64,000 nt of DNA, taken from contig OZ240215.1 of the NCBI GenBank assembly GCA_965197585.1, forward strand, positions 1,504,001 to 1,568,000, read 5' to 3'. This DNA comes from Dehalococcoidia bacterium (GTDB taxonomy: Bacteria; Chloroflexota; Dehalococcoidia; Plut-88900). This document shows positions 1-9,833 of this stretch, in pieces; position 1 is the stretch's first letter; each line of letters starts with the position of its first letter. A program made the translations under genes and the position numbers. The notes under the pieces are model-generated. The model saw nothing but the letters and a program-made list of their open reading frames with translations, ran no database searches and was not told the origin of the DNA.

Positions 1-1
1 C

Positions 2-157
2 GTCTGCGGCGAACATGCCGGCGAGCCCCGTTCCATCCGCTTCTTCCACGATGCCGGCGTCAACTACGTCAGCTGCAGCCCCTATCGCATCCCCATAGCC
101 AAGCTAACCGCCGCCCAGGGCGCCATCCTGAATCCCCGCAACGGCTCCCCAGCTTAG
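2..157 (+). CDS. ppdK: Pyruvate phosphate dikinase, C-terminal end (partial, runs off the window start)
   Basis: Frame 2 reads [39 protein letters not shown], which matches the PPDK C-terminal CGEHGG...YVSCSP.R.P.A.LAAAQ signature; TAG at 155-157. Confidence 0.9.
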   Translation, partial: VCGEHAGEPRSIRFFHDAGVNYVSCSPYRIPIAKLTAAQGAILNPRNGSPA

Positions 158-185
158 AACCTTTTGTGGCGGGGGGCGGGGCCGT

Positions 186-211
186 CCGCTCGCCCTGAGC
201 CCGTCGAAGGG
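186..211. repeat. REP-like intergenic repeat, family A (CCGCTCGCCCTGAGC..GTCGAAGGG); related copies at ~5525-5572, 8314-8349, 42394-42449, 59640-59669
   Basis: The motif gctcgccctgagcccgtcgaaggg and variants recur at five intergenic positions. Confidence 0.75.
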
Positions 212-262
212 TCTATAGAGCGGACGGAGGCAGGAGGCCTCGGCGGTCGACCAAAATCCACC

Positions 263-1198
263 ATGACCAAACTCACCTTCGGCATGTCCTTCCATGAGAC
301 CTACCGGTACTCCCGGCAGGCCATCATCGACTACGCCCGAGCCATCGAGTCCCTCTGCTTCGACACCCTCTGGATCACCGAGAACGTCCACTCCGGCGCC
401 GATGCCCTCGAACCCCTCGCCACTCTCTCCTTCATGGCCGCCCACACCGAGCGCATCAACTTCGGCCCCTCCGTCATCCTCCTTCCCTTGCGAAACGCCG
501 TCGGCCTCGCTCACGCCGTCGCCACCTTGGACCGCTTGTCTGGGGGTCGGCTGGTCCTTGGCATCGGGACTGGTGGTAACGTCCCCGGCTCCTTCCAGGC
601 CTACGGCGCGTCCATCCGCCAACGCGGCCGCTACTGCGACGAGGCCCTCGAAGTGATGAAATCCCTCTGGACCGGCGACCCGGTAACCTTCTCCGGCAAG
701 CTCCTTGACCTGGACAGCTACGTCCTTGGCGGACGCCCGACAGTAAATCCCCACCCTCCCATCTGGATAGGGGGCACGGCGGAAGGAGTCCTCAAAAGGG
801 CCGCTCGGTTCGCCGACGGCTTCATCCCACACAGCATCAGCCCCGAGCTATATCAAGACCTATGGAGGAGAATCGAGGAGCATTGCGCGGTCATCGGCCG
901 AGACCCAGCCTCAATAACCAGGGCCATCCAGTTCTACTTCTGCATCGACGACACGCGTGCCGAAGCCCAACACGTCGCCGAAAAAGCCCTTGAGCACAGA
1001 TATCAACGCTCCATGTCCCTCGCCCCGACCGACGACACCCACTTCGCCCTCGGCGCCCCCGACGACATCGCCCGCACCATCCAGACCTTCGCCGACATCG
1101 GCGTCACCCACTTCGCCTTCTCCAACGCCCGCCCCCCACACCAGGTCATGCCCCAAATCCAGACCCTGGCCACGAAAGTCATCCCTCGGTTCCGCTAG
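263..1198 (+). CDS. LLM-class (luciferase-like) flavin/F420-dependent oxidoreductase
   Basis: Motifs FDTLWITENVH, ATLDRLSGGRLVLGIGTG, PPIWIGG and AARFADG; start taken at ATG 263. Confidence 0.9.
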   Translation: MTKLTFGMSFHETYRYSRQAIIDYARAIESLCFDTLWITENVHSGADALEPLATLSFMAAHTERINFGPSVILLPLRNAVGLAHAVATLDRLSGGRLVLGIGTGGNVPGSFQAYGASIRQRGRYCDEALEVMKSLWTGDPVTFSGKLLDLDSYVLGGRPTVNPHPPIWIGGTAEGVLKRAARFADGFIPHSISPELYQDLWRRIEEHCAVIGRDPASITRAIQFYFCIDDTRAEAQHVAEKALEHRYQRSMSLAPTDDTHFALGAPDDIARTIQTFADIGVTHFAFSNARPPHQVMPQIQTLATKVIPRFR

Positions 1199-1273
1199 CC
1201 CCTTACCTCTGATTCCACAAGTGCTGAAGCAAAGGCCTGAAAGTTCCTTGGTCGCCAGGTTGTGAGCCTGAGG

Positions 1274-1483
1274 CTAGACGAACAGCTTTACCAATACCCC
1301 CACCATACCAGCAATGAGCGCCGCACCGAATCCGAACATCCCGAAGATTACCTTGTCCAGTCTTGTTTCCAAGCCGTTAAACCTAGCTTCCAAGCTGTCA
1401 AATCTCGAAACAAGTGTCCGAACCTCACCTTCGAGCCGTCCAAGACTTCTGGATATTTCCTCCGGCCCACCGGTTACTTCCAT
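1274..1483 (-). CDS. Small coiled-coil protein with a C-terminal transmembrane helix (DUF1640-like)
   Basis: 69 aa with heptads (RFDSLEARFNGLETRLD) then a hydrophobic helix; AAGGGAGA RBS upstream. Confidence 0.65.
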   Translation of the reverse strand: MEVTGGPEEISRSLGRLEGEVRTLVSRFDSLEARFNGLETRLDKVIFGMFGFGAALIAGMVGVLVKLFV

Positions 1484-1659
1484 TTCTCTCCCTTAAATCG
1501 CACCCTTCGCTCCCATTAGTCGATGATACCGTTATATCAGTTTCCCTGCAATAATCCGGTTAGACTCAAGAACGGTTGGGGAAGGGAGAGTGGCTCCCAT
1601 CAATTCCTGCACAAATGCTGCATATCCAGTGCTATTCTTACTCTAGCGGGAGTGGCACA

Positions 1660-2100
1660 GTGATCGACAAAGAAGAAACTGAACTACTGGAAACGGCCCG
1701 CGCAGAGGGCGTATCGAGGTTTGTCGTGGGCGCTGTGTTAATGAGACATCAGACCATCCTGCTGTTACGTCGAATACCGAGCGACTTCATGGGAGGCATC
1801 TATGAACTGCCAAGCGGCAAAGTCGAGCACCGTGAGTCCCTTGGCGAGGCTCTGCTCAGGGAATTGAAAGAGGAAACCAGCCTGGAACTCGCTCGAATGG
1901 AACAATATGTGGGTTCGATAGACTATTTCTCCAAAGCGGGGGAGCCGACTCGCCAATTCAACTTCATCGCTAGAGTCTCGGACTACTCCGGAATCAGGCT
2001 AACTGAGCACGACGATTATGTGTGGGCCGGTAAGAGTCAATTGGAGCAGCTTCCAATGTCCGAAGAGACACGAGACACGGTGCAGGCATGTCTCCTCTGA
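1660..2100 (+). CDS. NUDIX hydrolase
   Basis: Nudix box GKVEHRESLGEALLRELKEETSL; probable GTG start at 1660. Confidence 0.9.
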   Translation: MIDKEETELLETARAEGVSRFVVGAVLMRHQTILLLRRIPSDFMGGIYELPSGKVEHRESLGEALLRELKEETSLELARMEQYVGSIDYFSKAGEPTRQFNFIARVSDYSGIRLTEHDDYVWAGKSQLEQLPMSEETRDTVQACLL

Positions 2101-2413
2101 GTTAATGCCGCACCACATCCCCCCAATTGTGACATCGTCCCCTTCCCTAACCCCCTCTTTTTCGCTACTCTCCCCTTGTCAATTTAACACGAGAATAGCA
2201 TTACACACCCCACCACACCCGACACTCCTCAAACCCCGCAAGGATGCAAACAATCAAAATCCGTGCCTAATCCCACCGAACAATCGTACACAAAGCTATT
2301 CTCATTGGATTGTCCGTTCCCACCCTTGATTGTTTTATATGTCAACTAAGTCCCCTCCACCCCCCATACGCTATAATGCCTCCCAACACCCCTCCCCACC
2401 GGAGAACACGCCC

Positions 2414-3445
2414 ATGAAAATGGACTTCAGCGTCGCCTGGGGCCGAGAGCTCGCTACCTACGAAATCGCCGACCATTCCATCGCCGCCGAAGAGGCCGGC
2501 TTTGACATGCTCGGCATCATCGACACCCAGAACCTCGCCCGTGACCCTTATCCCGCCATGACCATTGCTGCGCTGAACACCAACCGCGTCCGCATCGGCC
2601 CCTCCGTCACCAACACCTTCACCCGGCACCCTTCCGTAACCGCCAACGCCATGGCTACCATCGACGAAATATCCGGCGGTCGAGCCTGGGTCGGCCTGGG
2701 CTCGGGTTTCAGCGCCGCCCGCACCATGGACGTCGGCGTCCAGCCAACGACCCTCCTCGAAAACGTCATCAACTTCATCCACACCTACACCTCCGGCCAG
2801 GAGGCCGAGTTCAACGGCGCCAAGATGCACAACGAGTGGATTAGCCGACGCCTCCCCGTCTACGTCCACGCCGCCGGCCCCAGGACCTGCGACATTGGCG
2901 GCAGACTCGGCGATGGTCTCCTTCTTGCCTCCAAGGGCAGCCCAATTGTCGCCCGCTGGTGCCTCGATCTCGTCCGCCGCGCAGCCGAGTCCGCAAACCG
3001 TGACCCCGATGACATCGACATCCGCGTTTGCCTTCCCATATTCGTCGAGGAAGAAGGAGGCAAGGGCTGGGATGAAATGGCAGCCTCCGTCGCCACCATG
3101 TGCACCGGCTTCTACCTCTCCATTTTCCGACACGACCGAAACCCAGCCGTCCGTAGCCTAATCAGTCAACTCGACGCCGACCTCCTCCAGGACCTCAAGC
3201 GTGTCCACGACGCCTATGATTACTACCAGCACGAACGTGTCGACGCCGACCACGCCAAGCTAGTGACCCGCCAGCTCGTCGACTTCATCGGACTCTACGG
3301 CACAGCCGACCAGATCTGCGAACGCATCTATGAGCTTCAGCAGGCCGGGGTCAAAGCCCTGGACTGCCACATGTGGACCTTCATCGACAAGAAGAAGCAG
3401 ATGCGTCTTATCGGCGAAAAGATCATGCCCTATTTCAGGAACTAA
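2414..3445 (+). CDS. LLM-class flavin/F420-dependent oxidoreductase (Mer-like)
   Basis: IGPSVTNTFTRHPSVTANAMATIDEISGGRAWVGLGSG; GGAG RBS before ATG 2414. Confidence 0.9.
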   Translation: MKMDFSVAWGRELATYEIADHSIAAEEAGFDMLGIIDTQNLARDPYPAMTIAALNTNRVRIGPSVTNTFTRHPSVTANAMATIDEISGGRAWVGLGSGFSAARTMDVGVQPTTLLENVINFIHTYTSGQEAEFNGAKMHNEWISRRLPVYVHAAGPRTCDIGGRLGDGLLLASKGSPIVARWCLDLVRRAAESANRDPDDIDIRVCLPIFVEEEGGKGWDEMAASVATMCTGFYLSIFRHDRNPAVRSLISQLDADLLQDLKRVHDAYDYYQHERVDADHAKLVTRQLVDFIGLYGTADQICERIYELQQAGVKALDCHMWTFIDKKKQMRLIGEKIMPYFRN

Positions 3446-3473
3446 CCCCGAGCCCCGATACGGAGGACACAAA

Positions 3474-4334
3474 ATGACTGACAATTCGACCAGAGGCATT
3501 ACCGACTGGCACACCCACTGCTACCTCCCCGAGCACCGCAGCCCCGAGGCCATGGCCGAGCGCATCAAGTACGGCGTCCGCGGCGGCGAGGCCTGGCCCG
3601 AGGAGCACCGTGCCGCCATGGACGAGGGCAACATCACCCAGTTCGTCGTCGTCAACGTCCCCCGGCGCCCGGGCCACGAGGTCCCCAACGAGTTCATCGC
3701 CGAGTACTGTTCCCAGTACCCCGGTCGGGCCATCGGTCTCGCCTCCGTCCACCCCAACGATCCCACCGCCTTTGATGATTTCGAGAACAGCGTCAAGAAC
3801 CTCGGCCTCAAGGGCCTCAAGCTCTCTCCCGTCTACCAGGGCTTTGATCCCTGGTCCCCGGAGGCCTGGCGCCTCTACTACATGGCCCAGGACTTCGGCG
3901 TGCCAGTCATGTTCCACATGGGCGGCATGTACGACCCCAAGGGCACCCTTGAATGGGGCGATGTCCTCACCCTGGACAAAGTTGCCCGAGCCGCCCGCGA
4001 CCTCAAGATAATCGTCGCCCACTTCGGCCAGCCCCAGATGCAGGAGACCGTCATGCTCCTGCGCAAGAACCTCAACGTCTTCGCCGACCTCTCCGCCCGA
4101 TTCCACCGTAAGTGGCAGCTCTACAACGGCCTCCAGGTCGCCATCGAGTACAAAGTCACCGACCGCATCCTGTTCGGCTCCGATTTCCCTGTCATGAAGC
4201 CCGGCCTCGCCGCCGACGCCTTCCGCAACATCAACGACTGGGGTGACGGCATCAAGCTCCCCCCCATCCCCGCCGACTTCATAGACGAGGTCCTCCACAA
4301 CCGCCCCTTCTCCATAATGGGCCTTGAAGCCTAA
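3474..4334 (+). CDS. Amidohydrolase_2 family metal-dependent hydrolase
   Basis: DWHTH, GLKGLKL, PVMFHMG, IIVAHFG and RILFGSDFP motifs; GGAGG RBS. Confidence 0.9.
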   Translation: MTDNSTRGITDWHTHCYLPEHRSPEAMAERIKYGVRGGEAWPEEHRAAMDEGNITQFVVVNVPRRPGHEVPNEFIAEYCSQYPGRAIGLASVHPNDPTAFDDFENSVKNLGLKGLKLSPVYQGFDPWSPEAWRLYYMAQDFGVPVMFHMGGMYDPKGTLEWGDVLTLDKVARAARDLKIIVAHFGQPQMQETVMLLRKNLNVFADLSARFHRKWQLYNGLQVAIEYKVTDRILFGSDFPVMKPGLAADAFRNINDWGDGIKLPPIPADFIDEVLHNRPFSIMGLEA

Positions 4335-4366
4335 ATCTAGGCCGTACCCGCGGCGCGGCAACGTCT

Positions 4367-5467
4367 ATGAATAATGAGCTGCGCTCATTCATCAAGGAGT
4401 CACTGGAGCATGGGCAGTCCAAGGACGCTATTCACGCCGTCCTAACGCAATCGGGGTGGGAGGATGGCGAGGTGCGAAACGGCCTGGCTGCCTTCGCCGA
4501 CGTGGACTTCCCCATCGCAGTTCCCAGGCCGACCCCCTACCTTCATGCCCGTGAGGCGTTCCTCTACCTCGTTTCCTTCATTGCCCTGTACGTCTCGGCC
4601 ATCAGCTTCGGCTTCCTGGTCTTCGGCCTTATCGACCATACCTTCCACGACCCCCTTGCCTACCGCGACCGGTTCCCATCGACCGGCGAAGCAACCTCCA
4701 TAGCCTCGGTCATCGTGGCTTTCCCCCTCTACCTGTTCCTGATGAAACGCCTGGCCTCGGAGATGGCGGCGGAACCGGAAAAGCGGCGGTCGTTGGTGCG
4801 GCGTTGGCTTACCTACCTCACCCTCGTAATAGCTGCGGGATTCATTCTCGGAGACGTGATTGCCCTGCTCGCCAACTTGCTGACAGGCGACCTGGCCTTC
4901 CTATTTTTGCTGAAAGGCTTCGCCATACTGGCAGTCACCGCCTGCATATTCGGGTTTTACCTGTGGGACATGCGCCGGTCGGAGACTCTGGCCGTCAGCG
5001 CCAACGCCACAAATGCCCTGCGAGCGTTCTTGGGCATAGTCGTCCTCTTGGTCGTCGCCTGCCTGGCATATTCGATGTTCCTATTGGGAACTCCCGGGGA
5101 GCAACGGAGCCTGAGGTTCGACGAGCAGCGAATTTCCGACCTGAGAAACATCTCCCGCAACGTCGACCTCTACTGGGAGACCAATCAGCAGCTGCCCGAG
5201 AGCTTCGATGACATGTCGGGCACGAGATATTCCATCTTTTCTATACACGACCCGGAGTCCGAGGAAGAATACGAATATCGGGTGATCGAGGAAGCCGGCT
5301 ATGAGCTATGCGCCGTTTTCTCCGCCGATTCGGCCAGATCCATTGACCCCGACCGCCCATATTCAGCCGGGTCATGGGACCACGGCACAGGACGCACTTG
5401 CTTCCAACTAGAGGCGCAATCGCAGCAACCCCCACCTCCCCCCGCCCCGACTACAGGCGATAGTTAG
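4367..5467 (+). CDS. Multi-pass membrane protein (DUF5671-like)
   Basis: AREAFLYLVSFIALY, RRWLTYLTL, D.QRISDL and YELCAVF pattern; several TM helices. Confidence 0.75.
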   Translation: MNNELRSFIKESLEHGQSKDAIHAVLTQSGWEDGEVRNGLAAFADVDFPIAVPRPTPYLHAREAFLYLVSFIALYVSAISFGFLVFGLIDHTFHDPLAYRDRFPSTGEATSIASVIVAFPLYLFLMKRLASEMAAEPEKRRSLVRRWLTYLTLVIAAGFILGDVIALLANLLTGDLAFLFLLKGFAILAVTACIFGFYLWDMRRSETLAVSANATNALRAFLGIVVLLVVACLAYSMFLLGTPGEQRSLRFDEQRISDLRNISRNVDLYWETNQQLPESFDDMSGTRYSIFSIHDPESEEEYEYRVIEEAGYELCAVFSADSARSIDPDRPYSAGSWDHGTGRTCFQLEAQSQQPPPPPAPTTGDS

Positions 5468-5606
5468 GTCTAAGGTGAATCCTGGTTCCCCCTCCCCACA
5501 GCTTCGGTTGGGTGGGGAAATCCCCCGCTCGCCCTGTCGAAGATGCGCCGTGGCGTGAGCCCGTCGAAGGGTCAACCGAGCGGAAGGTGGGGCGGCAATG
5601 GCCCCC

Positions 5607-6599
5607 TCACACCCCCCACACCACCTCCCCCAACCCCTTCAACGTCGCCATCCGATTCTCGGCAGGGAGCCGGAACGTCACCTCTTCCGACCCCAACGCC
5701 ACAATCTCCCTCACACGCTCCCGACACTCAACCACACTCCCGACAATCGCCGCGTGCCTGACCAGAGCATCCGACGCCAGGCCACCCTCCCCCGCAGACG
5801 GAGACCTTCCAAAGGACTTCGCTCCCCTGATCGCTGCAACCTCGTCCCGGAGCAGTGACGGTGTCTCCTCGCGCCAACTCGCCGGAGCCCGACGAAGCTG
5901 ATAGGTCACTACCGGCCGCACCCGCTCTATCGCCGCAGCCGGATCATCGTCCCAGGAGATTGTTAGCTGGGCGTGTGCCTCAACTTCACCCTCGGCCCGA
6001 CCCGCGGTCTCAACCGCACTGCGCAGCCGACGAATCTTGGTCCCCATAGTATCTGCATCCGAAGGCCCCGCAATAAGCGCTCCCTCGGCTAGCTCCCCCG
6101 CCATCTGGATCATCTTAGGCCCCCACACCGAGAGATATATCGGGATTCGACGTTCCATCGAATGTACCCGGTATCCACCTGACCGTCCTACCCTAACCTC
6201 TTCCCCCGATACCAAATCCCGCAGGCCCTCAAGCCTCTCCCTAAACCGCGCCATCGACTCCGTCCGAAACCCGACTGCGTTAGCGGAACCCGGCGCCCCC
6301 CTCCCCAGCCCCAATAGTGTCCGGCCATCGCTCAGGTCGTCCAGTGTCGCAATGCCGTTGGCTATCACCGAGGCGTGCCGAGTCAGGGGGTTCGACACCC
6401 CCGGCCCGAGCCTGATCTTCTCAGTTGCCTGTGCCGCGACGGTCAGCGCCACGTAGGCGTCTTTCGTATAAATTGGGGTGTCCCAAATCCACAATGTCGA
6501 GAAGCCCATAGCCTCGGCTTCCCGTGCCACGTTGCCTATCTCCCTCACCGGCGTCCGAGGGTCGGCCCACGTTATGATCCCGAATCGCGTATCAGACAA
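5607..6599 (-). CDS. LLM-class flavin/F420-dependent oxidoreductase
   Basis: LWIWDT, LGPGVSNPLTRH, ATLDDLSDGRTLLGLGRG. Confidence 0.9.
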   Translation of the reverse strand: MSDTRFGIITWADPRTPVREIGNVAREAEAMGFSTLWIWDTPIYTKDAYVALTVAAQATEKIRLGPGVSNPLTRHASVIANGIATLDDLSDGRTLLGLGRGAPGSANAVGFRTESMARFRERLEGLRDLVSGEEVRVGRSGGYRVHSMERRIPIYLSVWGPKMIQMAGELAEGALIAGPSDADTMGTKIRRLRSAVETAGRAEGEVEAHAQLTISWDDDPAAAIERVRPVVTYQLRRAPASWREETPSLLRDEVAAIRGAKSFGRSPSAGEGGLASDALVRHAAIVGSVVECRERVREIVALGSEEVTFRLPAENRMATLKGLGEVVWGV

Positions 6600-6706
6600 T
6601 TGCTTATCCTCGTCTACAATGGGTTGTGCGGGTGTCCTTACCCCGCCAGAACAGTATAATCCGTGTCGTACTGGACTTTTCGATACAACCCCGAAGGAAC
6701 AAAGAA

Positions 6707-8281
6707 ATGCTTGACCTGCTGATAACCAACGGCCAGATAATCGACGGCGCAGGAGGCCCCGGCTTCTACGCCAGCGTCGGTGTCCAAGGCGAAGACGTAG
6801 AGATAATCCGCGGCGATGTCTCCCACGTCGAAGCTGCCCGGGTTATCGACGCTACCGGCCACGTCGTCTCCCCCGGATTCATCGACGTCCACTCCCACGG
6901 CGGCTTCACCATCCTGAAAGAGCCGCTGCACGAGCCCAAGGTCCGGCAGGGCGTCACCACCGAGCTTATCGGCATCGACGGCAACTCCGCCGCCCCTTTC
7001 AAGACTCAGGAGGACCTCCACCGCTTTATCGAGATGGATGCCGGCCTCAACGACAGGCCTCCAATGCCCACCGACTGGTCCTCCGTCGCCGACTTCCTCG
7101 CCCTCTATAACAACAACGTTTCCGTCAACATCTGCTACATCCTCGGCAACTCCCCCGTCCGAATTTGGTCCGTCGGCTGGGACGACAGGCCCGCCACCGG
7201 CGCGGAAATCGAGGACATGAAATCGGTCATTAGAGAAGCGATGGAAGACGGCGCATTCGGCCTTTCGACAGGTCTCGACTACCCGCCCGGCGGCTACGCC
7301 GACACGAATGAGCTCATCGAGCTTTCCAAGACCACCTCAGCAATGGGCGGCTTCTACCACACCCACACCCGTGCCTCCCTCAAGTCCCAGGGCCTCCTGG
7401 CTCCCTGGCACGAGGCAATAGAGATCGGGCGCAAGAGCGGCATCCCCGTCCACCTCACCCACTACCGGCAGAGCGCCCAGGGCGTCGGGTCCCATCTCGA
7501 CTACATCGGCCTCGTAGAAGACGCCCGCGACGAGGGCATGGACGTCACCTTCGACTGCTACCCATACGTCTACTCCAGCACCCGGGCCACCATCGAGCTT
7601 CCCCTCTGGACCATGGATGGCGGCCCCGAGCGCATCTTCGAGGTCATCTCAAGCCCCGACGACAGGGCCAGATTGGTGGCGGAGATGAAGTCCGGCGGCC
7701 GGGACGCGACGGCCAACTGGCTGACCAACCTGCAAAAGGAGCACAACAAGCAATACGAGGGCCTATCGGTGAAGGAAATCGGACAGATACGGGGCCAGGA
7801 TCCGGTGGAAGCCTTCCTGGACATACTACTCGACGATGGCCTTGACCTGTGCATCGTGGGGGTGGGCACCAACGCCAATACTCTCCCCGCGTTCGTGTCT
7901 CACCCCTGCGGCATGGTCGGCAGCGACGCAGTGTTGATGGGCGAATTCCCCAGTCCCCGGACCTACGGCTGCTTCCCCGTCATCCTCGCCGAGAACGTAC
8001 GCGCCGAGAAGCAGCTCCGCCTCCCCGAGGCCATCCGCAAGATGACGTCCTTCCCCGCCCAGCGCCTGGGCCTCAAGACCCGGGGCCTCCTCCGAGACGG
8101 TTACAAGGCCGACATCACCATCTTCAACCCCGACACCGTCAAAGCCCCCGCCACCCGAGAAAACCCCAAGCAATTCCCCCTGGGCATCCCCTACGTCATA
8201 GTCAACGGCAAAGTCGTAGTCGACGAAGGCCAACACTCCGGCCAACTCCGCGGCCGAGCCCTCCGCTTCGGCCAAGACTAG
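6707..8281 (+). CDS. N-acyl-D-amino-acid deacylase (D-aminoacylase family)
   Basis: PGFIDVHSH, QGVTTE, GAFGLSTGLDYPPG, PRTYG, GYKADITIF; start ATG 6707. Confidence 0.9.
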   Translation: MLDLLITNGQIIDGAGGPGFYASVGVQGEDVEIIRGDVSHVEAARVIDATGHVVSPGFIDVHSHGGFTILKEPLHEPKVRQGVTTELIGIDGNSAAPFKTQEDLHRFIEMDAGLNDRPPMPTDWSSVADFLALYNNNVSVNICYILGNSPVRIWSVGWDDRPATGAEIEDMKSVIREAMEDGAFGLSTGLDYPPGGYADTNELIELSKTTSAMGGFYHTHTRASLKSQGLLAPWHEAIEIGRKSGIPVHLTHYRQSAQGVGSHLDYIGLVEDARDEGMDVTFDCYPYVYSSTRATIELPLWTMDGGPERIFEVISSPDDRARLVAEMKSGGRDATANWLTNLQKEHNKQYEGLSVKEIGQIRGQDPVEAFLDILLDDGLDLCIVGVGTNANTLPAFVSHPCGMVGSDAVLMGEFPSPRTYGCFPVILAENVRAEKQLRLPEAIRKMTSFPAQRLGLKTRGLLRDGYKADITIFNPDTVKAPATRENPKQFPLGIPYVIVNGKVVVDEGQHSGQLRGRALRFGQD

Positions 8282-8406
8282 CCAACTCCTTCCCAAATCC
8301 TCAGGGGCGATGGGCCGCTCGTGCTGAGCCCCGTCGAAGTATGAGCGGGGTGGGGTGATGGACTTGCCAATTGACCCTTTGGGAATGAGTCAACTAGACT
8401 TCTACC

Positions 8407-8640
8407 ATGAAAAAACGCCTACAACTGCTCCTCGATGAGGCAGAATACCGAGAAATCCAACACCTCGCCCGACTCCAGCGCGTCACCCTCGCCGAATGGG
8501 TCCGCCGAGCCCTCCTCAAGGCCCGGAGTGATCACTTCGATGCGAAGACCGCCAAGCTCCGCGCCATCTCCGACGCCTCCCAACACCACTTCCCCACCAC
8601 CGACATCCAAACCATGCTCCGGGAGAGCGCACCCCGATAA
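8407..8640 (+). CDS. Ribbon-helix-helix (CopG/VapB-like) antitoxin with no adjacent toxin
   Basis: 77 aa, KRLQLLLDEAEY...TLAEWVRRAL...FPTTDI..ML pattern; TTGACC-N17-TAGACT promoter-like sequence upstream. Confidence 0.65.
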   Translation: MKKRLQLLLDEAEYREIQHLARLQRVTLAEWVRRALLKARSDHFDAKTAKLRAISDASQHHFPTTDIQTMLRESAPR

Positions 8641-8653
8641 GAGCTGTCATTCC

Positions 8654-9709
8654 TGTGGATGTCAGGTAATTCGTTGACAGAATTAGATGGATTTAAGGGT
8701 CTCCAAAGGGGTCTTTCCGTCCATTGCCTGGTGGGGTCTCTGAGTATTGTAGTAGATCAGGTATTGCTGAAGCTCGTCCTTCAGTTCCGAGACCGATTCG
8801 AAGGTTGTCCCCTCCAGCAGGTCCTCGTTCAAGGTTCTCCAGAACCGCTCTATCTTCCCGTTGGTCTGGGGCCTATAAGGGCGGGTGTAGCGGTGCTTTA
8901 TGCCCAGCTCATTGAGCATCCGTTCCATGGGGTGGCCCTCGGTGTTCCTTGGGGAGGCCATCTCGGGGCCGTTGTCGGTGAGGATGGCCTCGAATTGGAT
9001 GCCGTACTCCACGTTAAGGAAATTGATGGACTTCAGAGTAGCAAACATAACGGAGAGACTCTTGATGTCTCCGACCACTTCGGCCCAGGCCAGACGGGTG
9101 TAGGCGTCGATGAGGCCCACCAGGTAGTAGCGGTGCTTGGTGCCCACGATGGTATCCCGGCTGAGGTAGTGGCTGTCCAGGTGGCCCAGCTCTCCTGCCC
9201 GGGTCTTGATGATCTTGCGCTTCGACTGCTGCATCGGCTTTGTGAGCCTATTGAAACCGTGGCGTCTGGTGATGGCGTAGATGGTGGAGGGCTTAGGGGT
9301 GTTGTGTTTAAGGATGGGTTTGAGTATGGCATAGATCTCGTAACGGTTGGTACCGTTAAGGCGCTCGTTGATGACCTTCTGCTCAATGTAGGGCAGGGTG
9401 CGGCGGGACTTCCACCCGGGACCCCGCTTACGGGGGAGGAAGGCGTTGTCGGAGGGGGAGAGGAGGAACCGGTTGTAGTACTTGGCAAAGGTCTGACGGC
9501 TAGTGCCGTGGAAGGAGTAGAAGTCCTGGGCGAAGCGGAAACGGGGATGCTTCCCTGCCTTGACCAGTTGATACTCATGGATGAGGAACCGCCACTTCTG
9601 AATGTAGTTACGTTCAAGGGTGAGGTCCTTGCTATTGTCTCGCATTCTCGCCTCCAGATTGGTGTTGGCCTCTTATACCAATCTGTCAACGAATTACCTA
9701 ACACTTACA
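8654..9709 (-). mobile_element. IS481-family insertion sequence (1056 bp)
   Basis: Ends TGT...ACA; imperfect 27-bp IRs (tgtggatgtcaggtaattcgttgacag and revcomp tgtaagtgttaggtaattcgttgacag); 5-bp direct repeat ATTCC at 8649-8653 and 9710-9714. Confidence 0.92.
8683..9645 (-). CDS. IS481-family DDE transposase (rve integrase core)
   Basis: GELGHLD, ILTDNGPE, TRPYRPQTNGKIERFWRTL, YN..RPHQAM. Confidence 0.93.
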   Translation of the reverse strand: MRDNSKDLTLERNYIQKWRFLIHEYQLVKAGKHPRFRFAQDFYSFHGTSRQTFAKYYNRFLLSPSDNAFLPRKRGPGWKSRRTLPYIEQKVINERLNGTNRYEIYAILKPILKHNTPKPSTIYAITRRHGFNRLTKPMQQSKRKIIKTRAGELGHLDSHYLSRDTIVGTKHRYYLVGLIDAYTRLAWAEVVGDIKSLSVMFATLKSINFLNVEYGIQFEAILTDNGPEMASPRNTEGHPMERMLNELGIKHRYTRPYRPQTNGKIERFWRTLNEDLLEGTTFESVSELKDELQQYLIYYNTQRPHQAMDGKTPLETLKSI

Positions 9710-9833
9710 ATTCCGAGGCCCTGTGAGGAATCTAACACTCCAGCCCTAACCCAGCGTCTCTGAATCTCACCCCCCATCTATACTTTACGTTTAACACGGC
9801 GCATCAAGTTACACTGTACGCTGTTCTAACGTT

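Noticed and set aside
8659-9726. 355-aa plus-strand ORF spanning the IS
   Set aside because: Antisense shadow of the transposase with no recognisable motifs
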